Below are positions 17,476 to 25,811 of a stretch of DNA of 42,623 nucleotides, one piece after another. The position numbers and the translations under genes are program-made. Under the pieces are notes generated by a model. It saw only the letters and a program-made list of their open reading frames with translations, did no database searches and had not been told where the DNA came from. The first letter of the stretch is position 1. Each line of letters begins with the position of its first letter. Origin of the DNA: Pseudomonadota bacterium (lineage in GTDB: Bacteria; Pseudomonadota; Alphaproteobacteria; Azospirillales; Azospirillaceae); NCBI GenBank assembly GCA_023416195.1, contig JAEZID010000196.1:1-42623 (forward strand), written 5' to 3'.

Positions 17476-18720
17476 TCAATGGCCGGCGCTGAAGTCGTCG
17501 GCGAGGTGGAAGGCCTGCGGCGTCGTTGTGCCGCCGCTTCCGTCCGTGGCCCCCGTCGTGCCGGCCGTCGTGCCGGTCGAACCCGACGTGCCGGTGCCGC
17601 CCGTACCTGTGCTGCTGCCCGTGCCAGTGTCCGTGCCACCGGTTCCGGTCTCAGTCGAACCGGTCGTGCCGGTGCCACCGGTGCCCGTGCCGCCAGTACC
17701 TGTGCCGCCAGTACCCGTACCGCCGGTCGTTCCACCAGTCCCGCCGGTCGCCAAGCTGTCAACCGGATGAAGCACACCGAAGGCCACGACATCGGACAGC
17801 AGACCACCACCGGTGCCGCCCTGGTCCGTCCCGGTTTCCTCGATCGCGATGGCGCGTTGGTCCAACGACAGCAGAGCGGTCAAGAGCGCCTGGGCGTCGG
17901 AGTTGCCGTCACTCAACGGAATCGTCGTGGAGAAATGCACGTTGCCGTTCGCGTCGGCAACGCCCTGGTTCGACGAGCCGGTTCCGCCGGTCCCCGTGGA
18001 CCCACCCGTTCCCGTGGACCCGCCGGTACCGGTGGAGCCGTCCGTGCCGGTGGTCCCGCCGGTGCCCCCGGTTCCGGTGCTTCCGGTGCCCGTGCCGCCC
18101 GAACCACCGGTTCCGCCCGCGGTTCCGCCCGTGCCTCCGGTTCCAGTGCCACCCGTACCGCTGGTGCCGCTCTCACTCGCAAAGTTATCGAGATTGATGA
18201 CGACGCCGCCGAGCGCCTCGTGAAGGGTGGACAGATCAACGGTGTTTGAACTTCCGCTGCCGGTCGTCCCGCCGGTCCCCGTGGACCCACCCGTTCCCGT
18301 GGTTCCCGTTCCCGTGGAACCACCGGTGCCAGTGGAGCCGTCCGTTCCCGTGGACCCCGTTCCCGTGGACCCGCCGGTGCCCCCGGTTCCGGTGCTTCCG
18401 GTGCCCGTGCCGCCCGAACCACCGGTTCCGCCCGCAGTTCCGCCCGTGCCTCCGGTTCCGGTGCCACCCGTACCGCTGGTGCCGGTCAGCAGCCCGACGA
18501 GGTCGGTGTCGTAATCCGTTCCCGGCGTCAGCCCGGTCACCATCACATCAACCGTGAGTTGATCGGCGGACTGCGTGACCACGGCAATGCCCGTGTTGGC
18601 GGATTCGGTCGAGGTGCCTGTCCCTCCTGTGCCGCCGGTTCCTCCCGTGCCGCCTGTCCCTCCTGTGCCGCCCGTGCCCGTTGCTGATTGCAAAGTAGCA
18701 ACGTAAATTTGGTCTGGCAT
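17476..18720 (-). CDS. Gly/Thr-rich probable T1SS cargo; paralogue of 19276..19953 lacking the His ligands
   Basis: AGGAGG RBS before ATG 18720. Acidic, Cys-free and without a signal peptide. The non-repetitive segments align with the divergent neighbour. Ends in HLADDFSAGH. Confidence 0.85.
   Translation of the reverse strand: MPDQIYVATLQSATGTGGTGGTGGTGGTGGTGGTGTSTESANTGIAVVTQSADQLTVDVMVTGLTPGTDYDTDLVGLLTGTSGTGGTGTGGTGGTAGGTGGSGGTGTGSTGTGGTGGSTGTGSTGTDGSTGTGGSTGTGTTGTGGSTGTGGTTGSGSSNTVDLSTLHEALGGVVINLDNFASESGTSGTGGTGTGGTGGTAGGTGGSGGTGTGSTGTGGTGGTTGTDGSTGTGGSTGTGGSTGTGGTGSSNQGVADANGNVHFSTTIPLSDGNSDAQALLTALLSLDQRAIAIEETGTDQGGTGGGLLSDVVAFGVLHPVDSLATGGTGGTTGGTGTGGTGTGGTGTGGTGTTGSTETGTGGTDTGTGSSTGTGGTGTSGSTGTTAGTTGATDGSGGTTTPQAFHLADDFSAGH
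18056..18484. repeat. 114-bp direct repeat pair (18056-18169 and 18371-18484) within the GT-rich gene
   Basis: By eye the two copies differ at 2 positions. Both encode GTSGTGGTGTGGTGGTAGGTGGSGGTGTGSTGTGGTGG. Confidence 0.85.
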
Positions 18721-19275
18721 TCCAGGCCTCCTGACATGATTTTGGAGAGTTTGAACGAAGGGCAGCACCTCGACGGCTTTTTCGTTCACCGGGCGCCGCC
18801 GTGGACTAAACAGAATACAATCTTGGTCGTTGTTGATTCTTCAAGGTATACGTCAAGCTGTATAAGCTGATTATTTTCCGAATCCACGCGGAAGACCCTT
18901 TCTTTTCTCTGATGCGGTGCGGGCAGTGATTATGCACTTCGACTATGGGACAAGCGCGCAGGCGGCATACGTCGTCCGGTTTCCTCGCCGCCGGGAGAAG
19001 TCTGGACGTTCCGTTTCGCGGATCGTCCCGCCTTTCCGTTCTTCGGTTCGGAAGGCATATGTCATTCACGTCAATGAAATCAGAAGTAATTACACATATA
19101 TAGGAATATTGACCTTCTGAATACCGGATTCTTCACGCCGAGCTTCAGCATCTATCCTTGAATAGATGGGTGATTGCGGATCAAATACTTATGAAAGATG
19201 TGATGTCGGGCGATGGTCGGGAATGCCTCTGCACTCATCCTGTTGCCGTTGCGTGGACAATTCAGGAGGAGCATT

Positions 19276-19953
19276 ATGGCTGACCAAATCTACGTTGCCC
19301 CGATTGCGGCGGAGAACGATTCCGGGGTTAAGGGCATAGCCGTGCTCACGCTGAGCGACAACGCATTGCAAGTCGCTGTCGCGGCCATCGGGCTGGAACC
19401 CGGTCAACAGCACCCGATGCACATCCATGGGTTCTCCGACGGCACGCCGTCCGACCCCACGGCGGCGAGCGACACCGATGGCGACGGCTTCGTCGAGACA
19501 CCGGAGGGCGTGCAGGCCATCGGCCCGATCCTGCTGCCGCTCGCCCCGCAGGGAGGAACCGGGACCGACACCAGCGGCAGCGACGGAAGTGGCAGCGGGA
19601 GCGGGAGCGGCGGCAACGGCTCCACGACGGCCGACGCCAACGGCACGCTGCACTTCACGGAAACCTTCACGAGCAGCGATGATTTCGTCGCGCAGCTTCT
19701 GAACGGCAATGCCTCTCTGGAAGGCCGCGCGGTCGAGATACACGGCCTGACCGTGGACGGCAACGCAGGCGCCGGCACGCCGGGCGAGGTGGACGGAACC
19801 GCCGGCTACAAGCCCCTGCTGCCGGTCGGCGGCGGCGTCATCGAGCCGCTGTCCCAGGTGTCGCTGGCCGACCTTCTCGGCGGTTCCTCGACGTCCTCGG
19901 GCAGCACGGCTGCGCACAACGCAGCGGACGATTTCGCCGCCGGCACCGCCTGA
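19276..19953 (+). CDS. Cu/Zn-SOD-fold-like protein, probable T1SS cargo
   Basis: AGGAGGAG RBS. GLEPGQQHPMHIHG, ADANGTLHF and LEGRAVEIHGL recall SOD_Cu strands. DTDGDG is a Ca-loop-like motif. Ends in AADDFAAGTA. Confidence 0.75.
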   Translation: MADQIYVAPIAAENDSGVKGIAVLTLSDNALQVAVAAIGLEPGQQHPMHIHGFSDGTPSDPTAASDTDGDGFVETPEGVQAIGPILLPLAPQGGTGTDTSGSDGSGSGSGSGGNGSTTADANGTLHFTETFTSSDDFVAQLLNGNASLEGRAVEIHGLTVDGNAGAGTPGEVDGTAGYKPLLPVGGGVIEPLSQVSLADLLGGSSTSSGSTAAHNAADDFAAGTA

Positions 19954-19977
19954 TCGGCGGGACCGCCGCCCAGCCGC

Positions 19978-20403
19978 TTAGGCGGCCAGGGGCGGCCGGT
20001 CGAACAGGACGAGCGCGGCCGGCGGAAAGGAGGGGCGATGCCCGGCAAGCACCTCCTCCGCCGCCGCGACCGCCTGTTCCAAAACCTCGGGCGAGAACGG
20101 CTTCACCAGACAGCCGAGCGCGATGCCGCGCGCCTCCTCCCCGCGATGATCGTACCCGGTGACCAGAAGGGCCGGCACGCCGTGCCGCTCCTTCAACGCG
20201 CGCACGAGGCTCAGCCCGTTCTCGCCACCGGCCAGATGGTAGTCCACCAGCGCCAGTTCCGGGCGAAGCGAATCCCGCTCGACCACGCGCAATGCCTTCA
20301 CCGCCGTCCGCACCGGCCCGATGACCCTGTGCCCGTATTGGCGCAGGACGGCCTTCATCGACGGTCCGATCAACGGATCGTCCTCGACGATCAGAAGTTT
20401 CAA
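19978..20403 (-). CDS. Single-domain response regulator
   Basis: LLIVEDD, LVD, LVTG and KPF receiver motifs. TTG start after AAGGGA. Confidence 0.88.
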   Translation of the reverse strand: MKLLIVEDDPLIGPSMKAVLRQYGHRVIGPVRTAVKALRVVERDSLRPELALVDYHLAGGENGLSLVRALKERHGVPALLVTGYDHRGEEARGIALGCLVKPFSPEVLEQAVAAAEEVLAGHRPSFPPAALVLFDRPPLAA

Positions 20404-20764
20404 CGGGTTCCCTTTCCCCGAAATCCCATGGTGATGCTTCCGCTCTCAACAGCCGCGCCCGCGTTGAATTCCACCGCCCGCACGCAAACCGGACAGATCG
20501 GTCATGACCGGTGGGCATGGGTCGGCGCCCACGCAAACGGCACGCCGTGAAAGCCAGGTCCTGAGTATTGGCGCGACCAACCGTCCGAAGGAAAACGACG
20601 TTCCGAAATAAAAATGGAAACCATCCTCTTGCATGGGAAAACATCACCCCCATCTGTTCGTCGTTGGCTCCGGGCCCCTCTGGCGGTCCATTGGTTGCGG
20701 ACCGTGATGTCGGAGCCCTTCACCTGCGGGGACGAACAAACCGTCCCACATCTGGAGGGTTCGT

Positions 20765-21223
20765 ATGACCGAAGCGTCTTTTTATTCCCGCTACGCCCGC
20801 TATTCCCGACCGAACGCCCCGCGCTACTCCGCCGCCGAGCGGTACGAAGCGCACGAGCGGCTGGAATGGCTCGCCTGGGCAATGGACAGCGCCGTGCGCG
20901 TGCCCGGCACGAACATCCGTCTCGGCGCCGACGCGCTGCTCGGCTTGGTGCCGGGCGTCGGCAACCTCGTGACCACGGCCGTGTCCGGCTATCTGATCCG
21001 CGAGGCCTGGAAGCTGGGCGTGCCGCGCCGGACCATCGCGCGGATGGTCGGCAACGTGGCGCTGGACAGCGTCGTCAGTGCGGTGCCGGTGGTCGGCAAC
21101 GTCGTGGACGTGTTCTGGAAGGCCAACCGCAAGAACATGGAGCTCCTCAACCGGCATCTCGGCCGCGCCGGCCCATCGGGCATCGACGCGGGCATCGACG
21201 GGGAATGGCGGCGGATGCCCTGA
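20765..21223 (+). CDS. DUF4112 domain protein
   Basis: MDSAVRVPGT..GADALLGLVPGVG and VPVVGNVVDVFWKANRKNMELL. GGAGG RBS. Confidence 0.85.
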   Translation: MTEASFYSRYARYSRPNAPRYSAAERYEAHERLEWLAWAMDSAVRVPGTNIRLGADALLGLVPGVGNLVTTAVSGYLIREAWKLGVPRRTIARMVGNVALDSVVSAVPVVGNVVDVFWKANRKNMELLNRHLGRAGPSGIDAGIDGEWRRMP

Positions 21224-21366
21224 CGGATCGTCAAAGTCCGGCTTTGAAAACGTCGAACCGCCGCCCGAGCCTTCAGGATTATTCCCGGCGCAAAAGCGGC
21301 AACGCCGTCGCCGAGACTCAAACTGTAACACGGCGTCCGTATAGTGCGGCCACCCAAGGAACAGCC

Positions 21367-21585
21367 GTGATCAAGGTGATGAATTTCCCGCACAGTTCAG
21401 CCCGGCCGCTGCACTGCACCTGCTGCGGCCGTCCTTTTTCCCGCACCTCCCGCCGGGGCCCGGCGCCGCTCTACTGCTCCTTCGACTGCCGTGCGCAGAT
21501 GCGGGTGCGGGCGCGCGTGTGGAACGGCCGCGCGGCCAAGGCGCCGGCTTACCCCCCGGCCCCGCAACTGGAGCAAGCGTCATGA
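21367..21585 (+). CDS. Small zinc-finger-like protein (CxxC...YCSxxC)
   Basis: AAGGA RBS before GTG 21367 (alternative ATG 21379). Motif CTCCGRPF...YCSFDCR. ATGA overlap with the next gene. Confidence 0.6.
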   Translation: MIKVMNFPHSSARPLHCTCCGRPFSRTSRRGPAPLYCSFDCRAQMRVRARVWNGRAAKAPAYPPAPQLEQAS

Positions 21586-21980
21586 TCAAGCTGGTCGTCC
21601 ATGACGGACACCACGCGGCCGGACTGCGCCTGGACGGCTTCGGCCATCCGCGCGAGGTCGTCGGCGCGCTGCGCCGCCTGCCCCAGGCCGGCAGCGCGTC
21701 GGTCCTGCTGGAAAGCTTCGCCCTGCGCTGTCTGGAGGGCGGGATCGGCTTCGCATCCACCGACCCGCTGACCGCCTGCCCGGACTGCACCACCCTCGTC
21801 GAGGTGGAGGTGCATGCGGAGCCCGGCGTGCCAGTCGCCCTCTTCGCCCGCCTCTACGGCCGGGACAAGGACGGCCTCCTGTCCCGCCGCCATCACGGCA
21901 CCCTCGACGCGGTCGCGCATCAGATCGCGCCGGGCCAGAGCGAGAGAGGCCGGTTCGGCAGCCTCGGCCACGCGGCATAG
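21582..21980 (+). CDS. Hypothetical protein with CPDC motif and His clusters
   Basis: GGAG RBS and ATGA coupling to the upstream gene. Confidence 0.6.
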   Translation: MIKLVVHDGHHAAGLRLDGFGHPREVVGALRRLPQAGSASVLLESFALRCLEGGIGFASTDPLTACPDCTTLVEVEVHAEPGVPVALFARLYGRDKDGLLSRRHHGTLDAVAHQIAPGQSERGRFGSLGHAA

Positions 21981-22070
21981 TCCCCCTTGCGATGTCGCCG
22001 TTTTGCCCCAACCTCTGGCTCGGCCGTGATGGTGGGATGCGGCCTCGATCGTGAAAAGGGAGCTGCCAAC

Positions 22071-22601
22071 GTGTCTCGGGTTCGTCTTGCGTCGGTTCTG
22101 TGCCTGGGCTTGGCCCTTGTTTCCGCGCCGGTGATGGCGCAGTCCGGCTATGGCTACGGTGCGCCCAGCCAAAACAACAACACGACGCTGGGCATCGACA
22201 ACGACCTGCTGGGCAAGCTCGGCGGCGCGGCGGCGGGCGCCCTGATCGGCTCGCAGATCGGCAAGGGCACGGGCAACCTGCTGGCCATCGGCGCCGGCGG
22301 CCTGCTCGGCTATTTCGCGGGCGGCTATCTGATGGACCAGTTGAGCCCCGGTTCGCGCGATGCGGTGCAGTCGGCGGAGACTCGCGCGCTGAACGCGCCG
22401 GTCGGGCAGACCATCCGCTGGAACAGCCCGGACTCCTCCAACACGAGCGGCACCATCACTCCCATCCGCGCCGGCCGCGACCAGTACGGGCGCGAGTGCA
22501 AGGAATTCAAGCACACCGTGACCATCGACGGTCGTCAGGAAGTCGCCAACGGCACCGCCTGCCGCGACGACGCCGGCCAGTGGAAGATCGTCTCCAACTG
22601 A
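22071..22601 (+). CDS. Glycine-zipper 17-kDa surface antigen (RT0821/Lpp0805-like)
   Basis: Signal peptide (..APVMA), GAAAGALIGSQIG glycine zipper, WNSP, CKEF..GTACR..GQW. Confidence 0.85.
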   Translation: MSRVRLASVLCLGLALVSAPVMAQSGYGYGAPSQNNNTTLGIDNDLLGKLGGAAAGALIGSQIGKGTGNLLAIGAGGLLGYFAGGYLMDQLSPGSRDAVQSAETRALNAPVGQTIRWNSPDSSNTSGTITPIRAGRDQYGRECKEFKHTVTIDGRQEVANGTACRDDAGQWKIVSN

Positions 22602-22653
22602 CCCGCGCCCTCTCGCTTCACGGCGCCGGCTATCGCCGGCCGCCGAGCCCCGA

Positions 22654-22935
22654 TCATGGCCCGGCGACCAGATCCCGATAGTCCGGGTGCCGCTCGATGT
22701 AACCCGCGATAAAGGAACAGAGCGGCACCACCGTCATGCCCTTCGCGCGGGCGTCCTCCAGCGCGCCGCGCGCCAGGGCGGATCCGACGCCCTTTCCGGC
22801 CATGCTCTCCGGCACCTCGGTGTGGGTGAAGACACGCCGGCCCTCCTCCATCCGATACGCCGCGAACGCGGTCGCCCCATCGACGACCATCTCATAGCGG
22901 CCGAGCGCCGCGTTGTCCTTCACCTCAACGCTCAT
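22654..22935 (-). CDS. YjdJ-like GNAT acetyltransferase
   Basis: FTHTEVP...GKGVGSAL and VVPLCSFI. Confidence 0.88.
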   Translation of the reverse strand: MSVEVKDNAALGRYEMVVDGATAFAAYRMEEGRRVFTHTEVPESMAGKGVGSALARGALEDARAKGMTVVPLCSFIAGYIERHPDYRDLVAGP

Positions 22936-22965
22936 CCCGACTCCTTGCTTTCGGTGTTCAAAGAC

Positions 22966-22991
22966 AACGGGGGAGAGGGCGCTGACGTTCC
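22966..22991 (-). promoter_or_regulatory. EcfG/RpoE2-type general-stress promoter for the GNAT gene
   Basis: The minus strand reads GGAAC-N17-CGTT, 30 nt upstream of the ATG. Confidence 0.55.
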
Positions 22992-23045
22992 GGCGGCGGC
23001 GCTGTTAAGCTGACCGCCGACATCCACCATCCGGGAACGCCGATC

Positions 23046-23879
23046 ATGGGAGAAGGCGCGGGGACGGGCGATCTGGCCGGCCGACGCATCCTGGTTCCGG
23101 AAAGCCGGGAACTCGACCTGTTCTCACGCATGCTGGAAGGGCATGGGGCGGAAACCCTGCGCTGCCCGATGGTCAGCATGGAGAATGTGGACGACCCCGC
23201 CCCGGTGGAAGCGTGGCTGCGCCGCCTGATCGACGGCCGCTTCGACGACCTGATCCTGTTGACCGGCGAGGGGTTGCGCCGCCTGACCGCGCTCGCCGGG
23301 ACCCTGGGCATCGACGCCGCGATGGTCGAGGCGCTGGGCCGCCTGCGCACCGTCACGCGCGGCCCGAAGCCGGTCCGGGCGCTGCGCGAACTCGGCCTGT
23401 CGCCCTTCCTGACCGCCCCCGCCCCCACGACGGAGGGCGTGATCGAGGCGCTGAAGACGCTCGACCTCTCTGCGCGGACGGTCGGCGTGCAGCTCTACCC
23501 CGACAACCCGAACGAACCGCTGCTGAACGCTATCAAAGCCGCCGGAGCCACCGCCGACGCCGTGGTGCCTTACCGCTACGCCAACGACGCCGAGACCGGC
23601 CGGGTCGAAGCGGCGATCCGCGAGATGGCCGCCGGGCGGATCGACTTCGTGGCCTTCACCAGCTCGCCCCAGGTCCGCCGCCTGCGCGACGTCGCCCGCG
23701 ACCGTGGCCTGGAGGCGGAGTTGCAAGCCGGCCTTGCCCGCACGCGCATCGCCGCCGTGGGGCCGGTCGTCGCCGAGGCGGTGGAGGCGGCTGGCGCCCG
23801 CGTCGAGATTGCACCGGAAAGCGTTTTCCACATGAAGCCCTTGGTCAACGCCATCCGCGAGAAGCTGCGCGCCGAATAG
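23046..23879 (+). CDS. hemD: Uroporphyrinogen-III synthase (HemD family)
   Basis: LAGRRILVPESR, LLTGEG, RGPKP, PYRY, FTSSPQV and AAVGPV. Confidence 0.82.
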   Translation: MGEGAGTGDLAGRRILVPESRELDLFSRMLEGHGAETLRCPMVSMENVDDPAPVEAWLRRLIDGRFDDLILLTGEGLRRLTALAGTLGIDAAMVEALGRLRTVTRGPKPVRALRELGLSPFLTAPAPTTEGVIEALKTLDLSARTVGVQLYPDNPNEPLLNAIKAAGATADAVVPYRYANDAETGRVEAAIREMAAGRIDFVAFTSSPQVRRLRDVARDRGLEAELQAGLARTRIAAVGPVVAEAVEAAGARVEIAPESVFHMKPLVNAIREKLRAE

Positions 23880-23891
23880 GCAGTGGAATTG

Positions 23892-24344
23892 TCAAATATC
23901 GAAATGCGCCGCCGCCTCGCCCACCGCGATCCGGTGGCGCAGCGCATCGGTCAGCGTGCGGTTGTCCAGAACCTCGGCGATGGCGTCGCGCGCCTGGATC
24001 ATCAGCCAGCGGGTGGAGCAGGTCGCCGGATCCTGGCAATCCTCGCAGGGGCGATAGGCGTATTTGCTGGCGCAGGGGATCGGGGCGAGATGGCCGTCGA
24101 TCAGGCGGATGACCTCGCCGAAGGTGATGTCCGAGGCCGGGCGGGCCAGCCGGTAGCCGCCGCTCTTGCCGCGCTTCGCGAACAGCAGCCCGTGCTTGCG
24201 CAGTTCCACCAGGATGGCTTCCAGGAACTTGCGCGGGATGTTCTCGCGCTCCGCGATGTCGGCGATCAGCACAAGCTCGTCGTCCGTCCGCTCGGCCAGC
24301 ATGATCAGCGCGCGCAGGGCGTATTTGGCTTTCTGGGTCAGCAT
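23892..24344 (-). CDS. Rrf2-family transcriptional regulator (4 Cys)
   Basis: MLTQKAKYALRAL, IPRKFLEAIL, RGKSGGYRL and C-x8-C-x2-C-x5-C. Confidence 0.92.
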   Translation of the reverse strand: MLTQKAKYALRALIMLAERTDDELVLIADIAERENIPRKFLEAILVELRKHGLLFAKRGKSGGYRLARPASDITFGEVIRLIDGHLAPIPCASKYAYRPCEDCQDPATCSTRWLMIQARDAIAEVLDNRTLTDALRHRIAVGEAAAHFDI

Positions 24345-24566
24345 GATCGCACCCTGGCTCGTTCCGGCGACGGTTCCCCGTGAAAAGGCACCGGATGCGG
24401 AGAATTGCAAGCCCTTAACCACAGAAGCGCCGAAGAAAGCCTTCTTCCCTGGTGGGGAAGCCCAAATCATCCCACTCCTCTGATCGTCGTGCCCGGACTT
24501 GATCCGGACACGACGCAGAAACCTTTGCCTTCGCAAGGGCGACGGAACGCCGTCCCGAAGCCTCCG

Positions 24567-25808
24567 TCAACCGGCCTTGAGCAGGTCGTACAACGACAGC
24601 GCAACGACCTCGGTCGCCTTGAACAGGTCGGACAGGGGAAGACGCTCGTCGGCGCGGTGGGCGTTGGCTTCCTCGATGGTGTGCGGGCCGGCGCCGAACA
24701 GGACGATGGGCACGCCCGCGTCCGCGTAATGGCGGGCGTCGGTGTAGAGCGGCACGCCCTTCGACCCGACCGGCTCGCCCATGACGCGGCTGGCGTGGCG
24801 GCAGAGAATCTCCGCCAGCCGGTCGGTGCCGGGCAGCGGGGTCAGCGGCCGGGCCAGCAGGATGCGCCGCACCTCCGCCCGCGCCTGCGGAACAGCCTGG
24901 ACGGCCTCGGCGATCAGGGCGCGCAGGCCCGCCTCGACGGTTTCCGGATTCTCTTCCGGGATCATGCGGCGGTCGAGCCGCAGCGTCACGCGGTCCGGCA
25001 CCACGTTGGTGTTGATGCCACCCTTGATGAGGCCGACCGTCAGCTGCGGTGACCCGATGCCCGGCGTCGCCGACACGGTGCCGCCGAAGCGCTTTCGGTG
25101 TTCGTAGAGCGCGTTCAGCACGGCGGTCGCCGCCTCCAGCGCGTCGATGCCGGTGCTCGGCAGGGCAGCGTGGGCGGATTTGCCGGTGACCTCCACCTCC
25201 AGGTGCAGGCAGCCGTTGTGGGCGGTGACGACGGCGTAGCTGAAACCGGCGGCGATGGCGAAGTCGGGCTTGGTCAGCCCCTCGTCCAGCAGCCACTTCG
25301 GCCCGATCTCGCCGCCGGCCTCCTCGTCGTAGGTCAGGTGCAGTTCGACGGTGCCCCGGTCCAGGCCGGTCTTCTCCAGCGCCAGCAGCGCATACGCATA
25401 GGACGCGAAATCCGCCTTCGAGACGGCGACGCCGCGCCCGTACATCCAGCCGTCCACCACCTCGGCACCGTACGGGTCGTGGGTCCAGCCCTCGCCGGGC
25501 GGCACCACGTCGCCGTGCGCGTTCAGCGCCACCACCGGGCCGTCACCGTCATGGGCGCCGAAACGGCGGCGGACGATGAGGTTGGTCGCCGTGACCATGC
25601 CGTTGGCCCGCACCAGTTCGGCCGGAACCGGGTGGCGCTCGACGGTCAGGCCCATGGCCTCCAGCAGTTGGGCGGCGCGCTCCGCATGGGGGGCGCAGTC
25701 GCCGGCCGGATTGTCGGAGGGCACCTTGACCAGCTCGGCCAGGAAGCGGACCTGCTCGTCACGGGCCGTGCCCAGATAGTCGCGGATGGCCTGCTGAGGA
25801 TCGGTCAT
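24567..25808 (-). CDS. M20 family (ArgE/DapE-like) metallohydrolase
   Basis: NAHGDVVP, YGRG, YDEE, GKSAHA and AHRADE. Confidence 0.88.
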   Translation of the reverse strand: MTDPQQAIRDYLGTARDEQVRFLAELVKVPSDNPAGDCAPHAERAAQLLEAMGLTVERHPVPAELVRANGMVTATNLIVRRRFGAHDGDGPVVALNAHGDVVPPGEGWTHDPYGAEVVDGWMYGRGVAVSKADFASYAYALLALEKTGLDRGTVELHLTYDEEAGGEIGPKWLLDEGLTKPDFAIAAGFSYAVVTAHNGCLHLEVEVTGKSAHAALPSTGIDALEAATAVLNALYEHRKRFGGTVSATPGIGSPQLTVGLIKGGINTNVVPDRVTLRLDRRMIPEENPETVEAGLRALIAEAVQAVPQARAEVRRILLARPLTPLPGTDRLAEILCRHASRVMGEPVGSKGVPLYTDARHYADAGVPIVLFGAGPHTIEEANAHRADERLPLSDLFKATEVVALSLYDLLKAG

Positions 25809-25811
25809 GGA

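Noticed and set aside
14270..17479. 1069-aa ORF as a giant fused HlyD protein
   Set aside because: The N-terminal portion is an off-frame shadow of the ABC gene. The real membrane fusion protein starts at ATG 15625.
17476..18720. Ice-nucleation protein or RTX toxin
   Set aside because: No AGYGSTxT octapeptide periodicity and no GGxGxDxL nonapeptide array.
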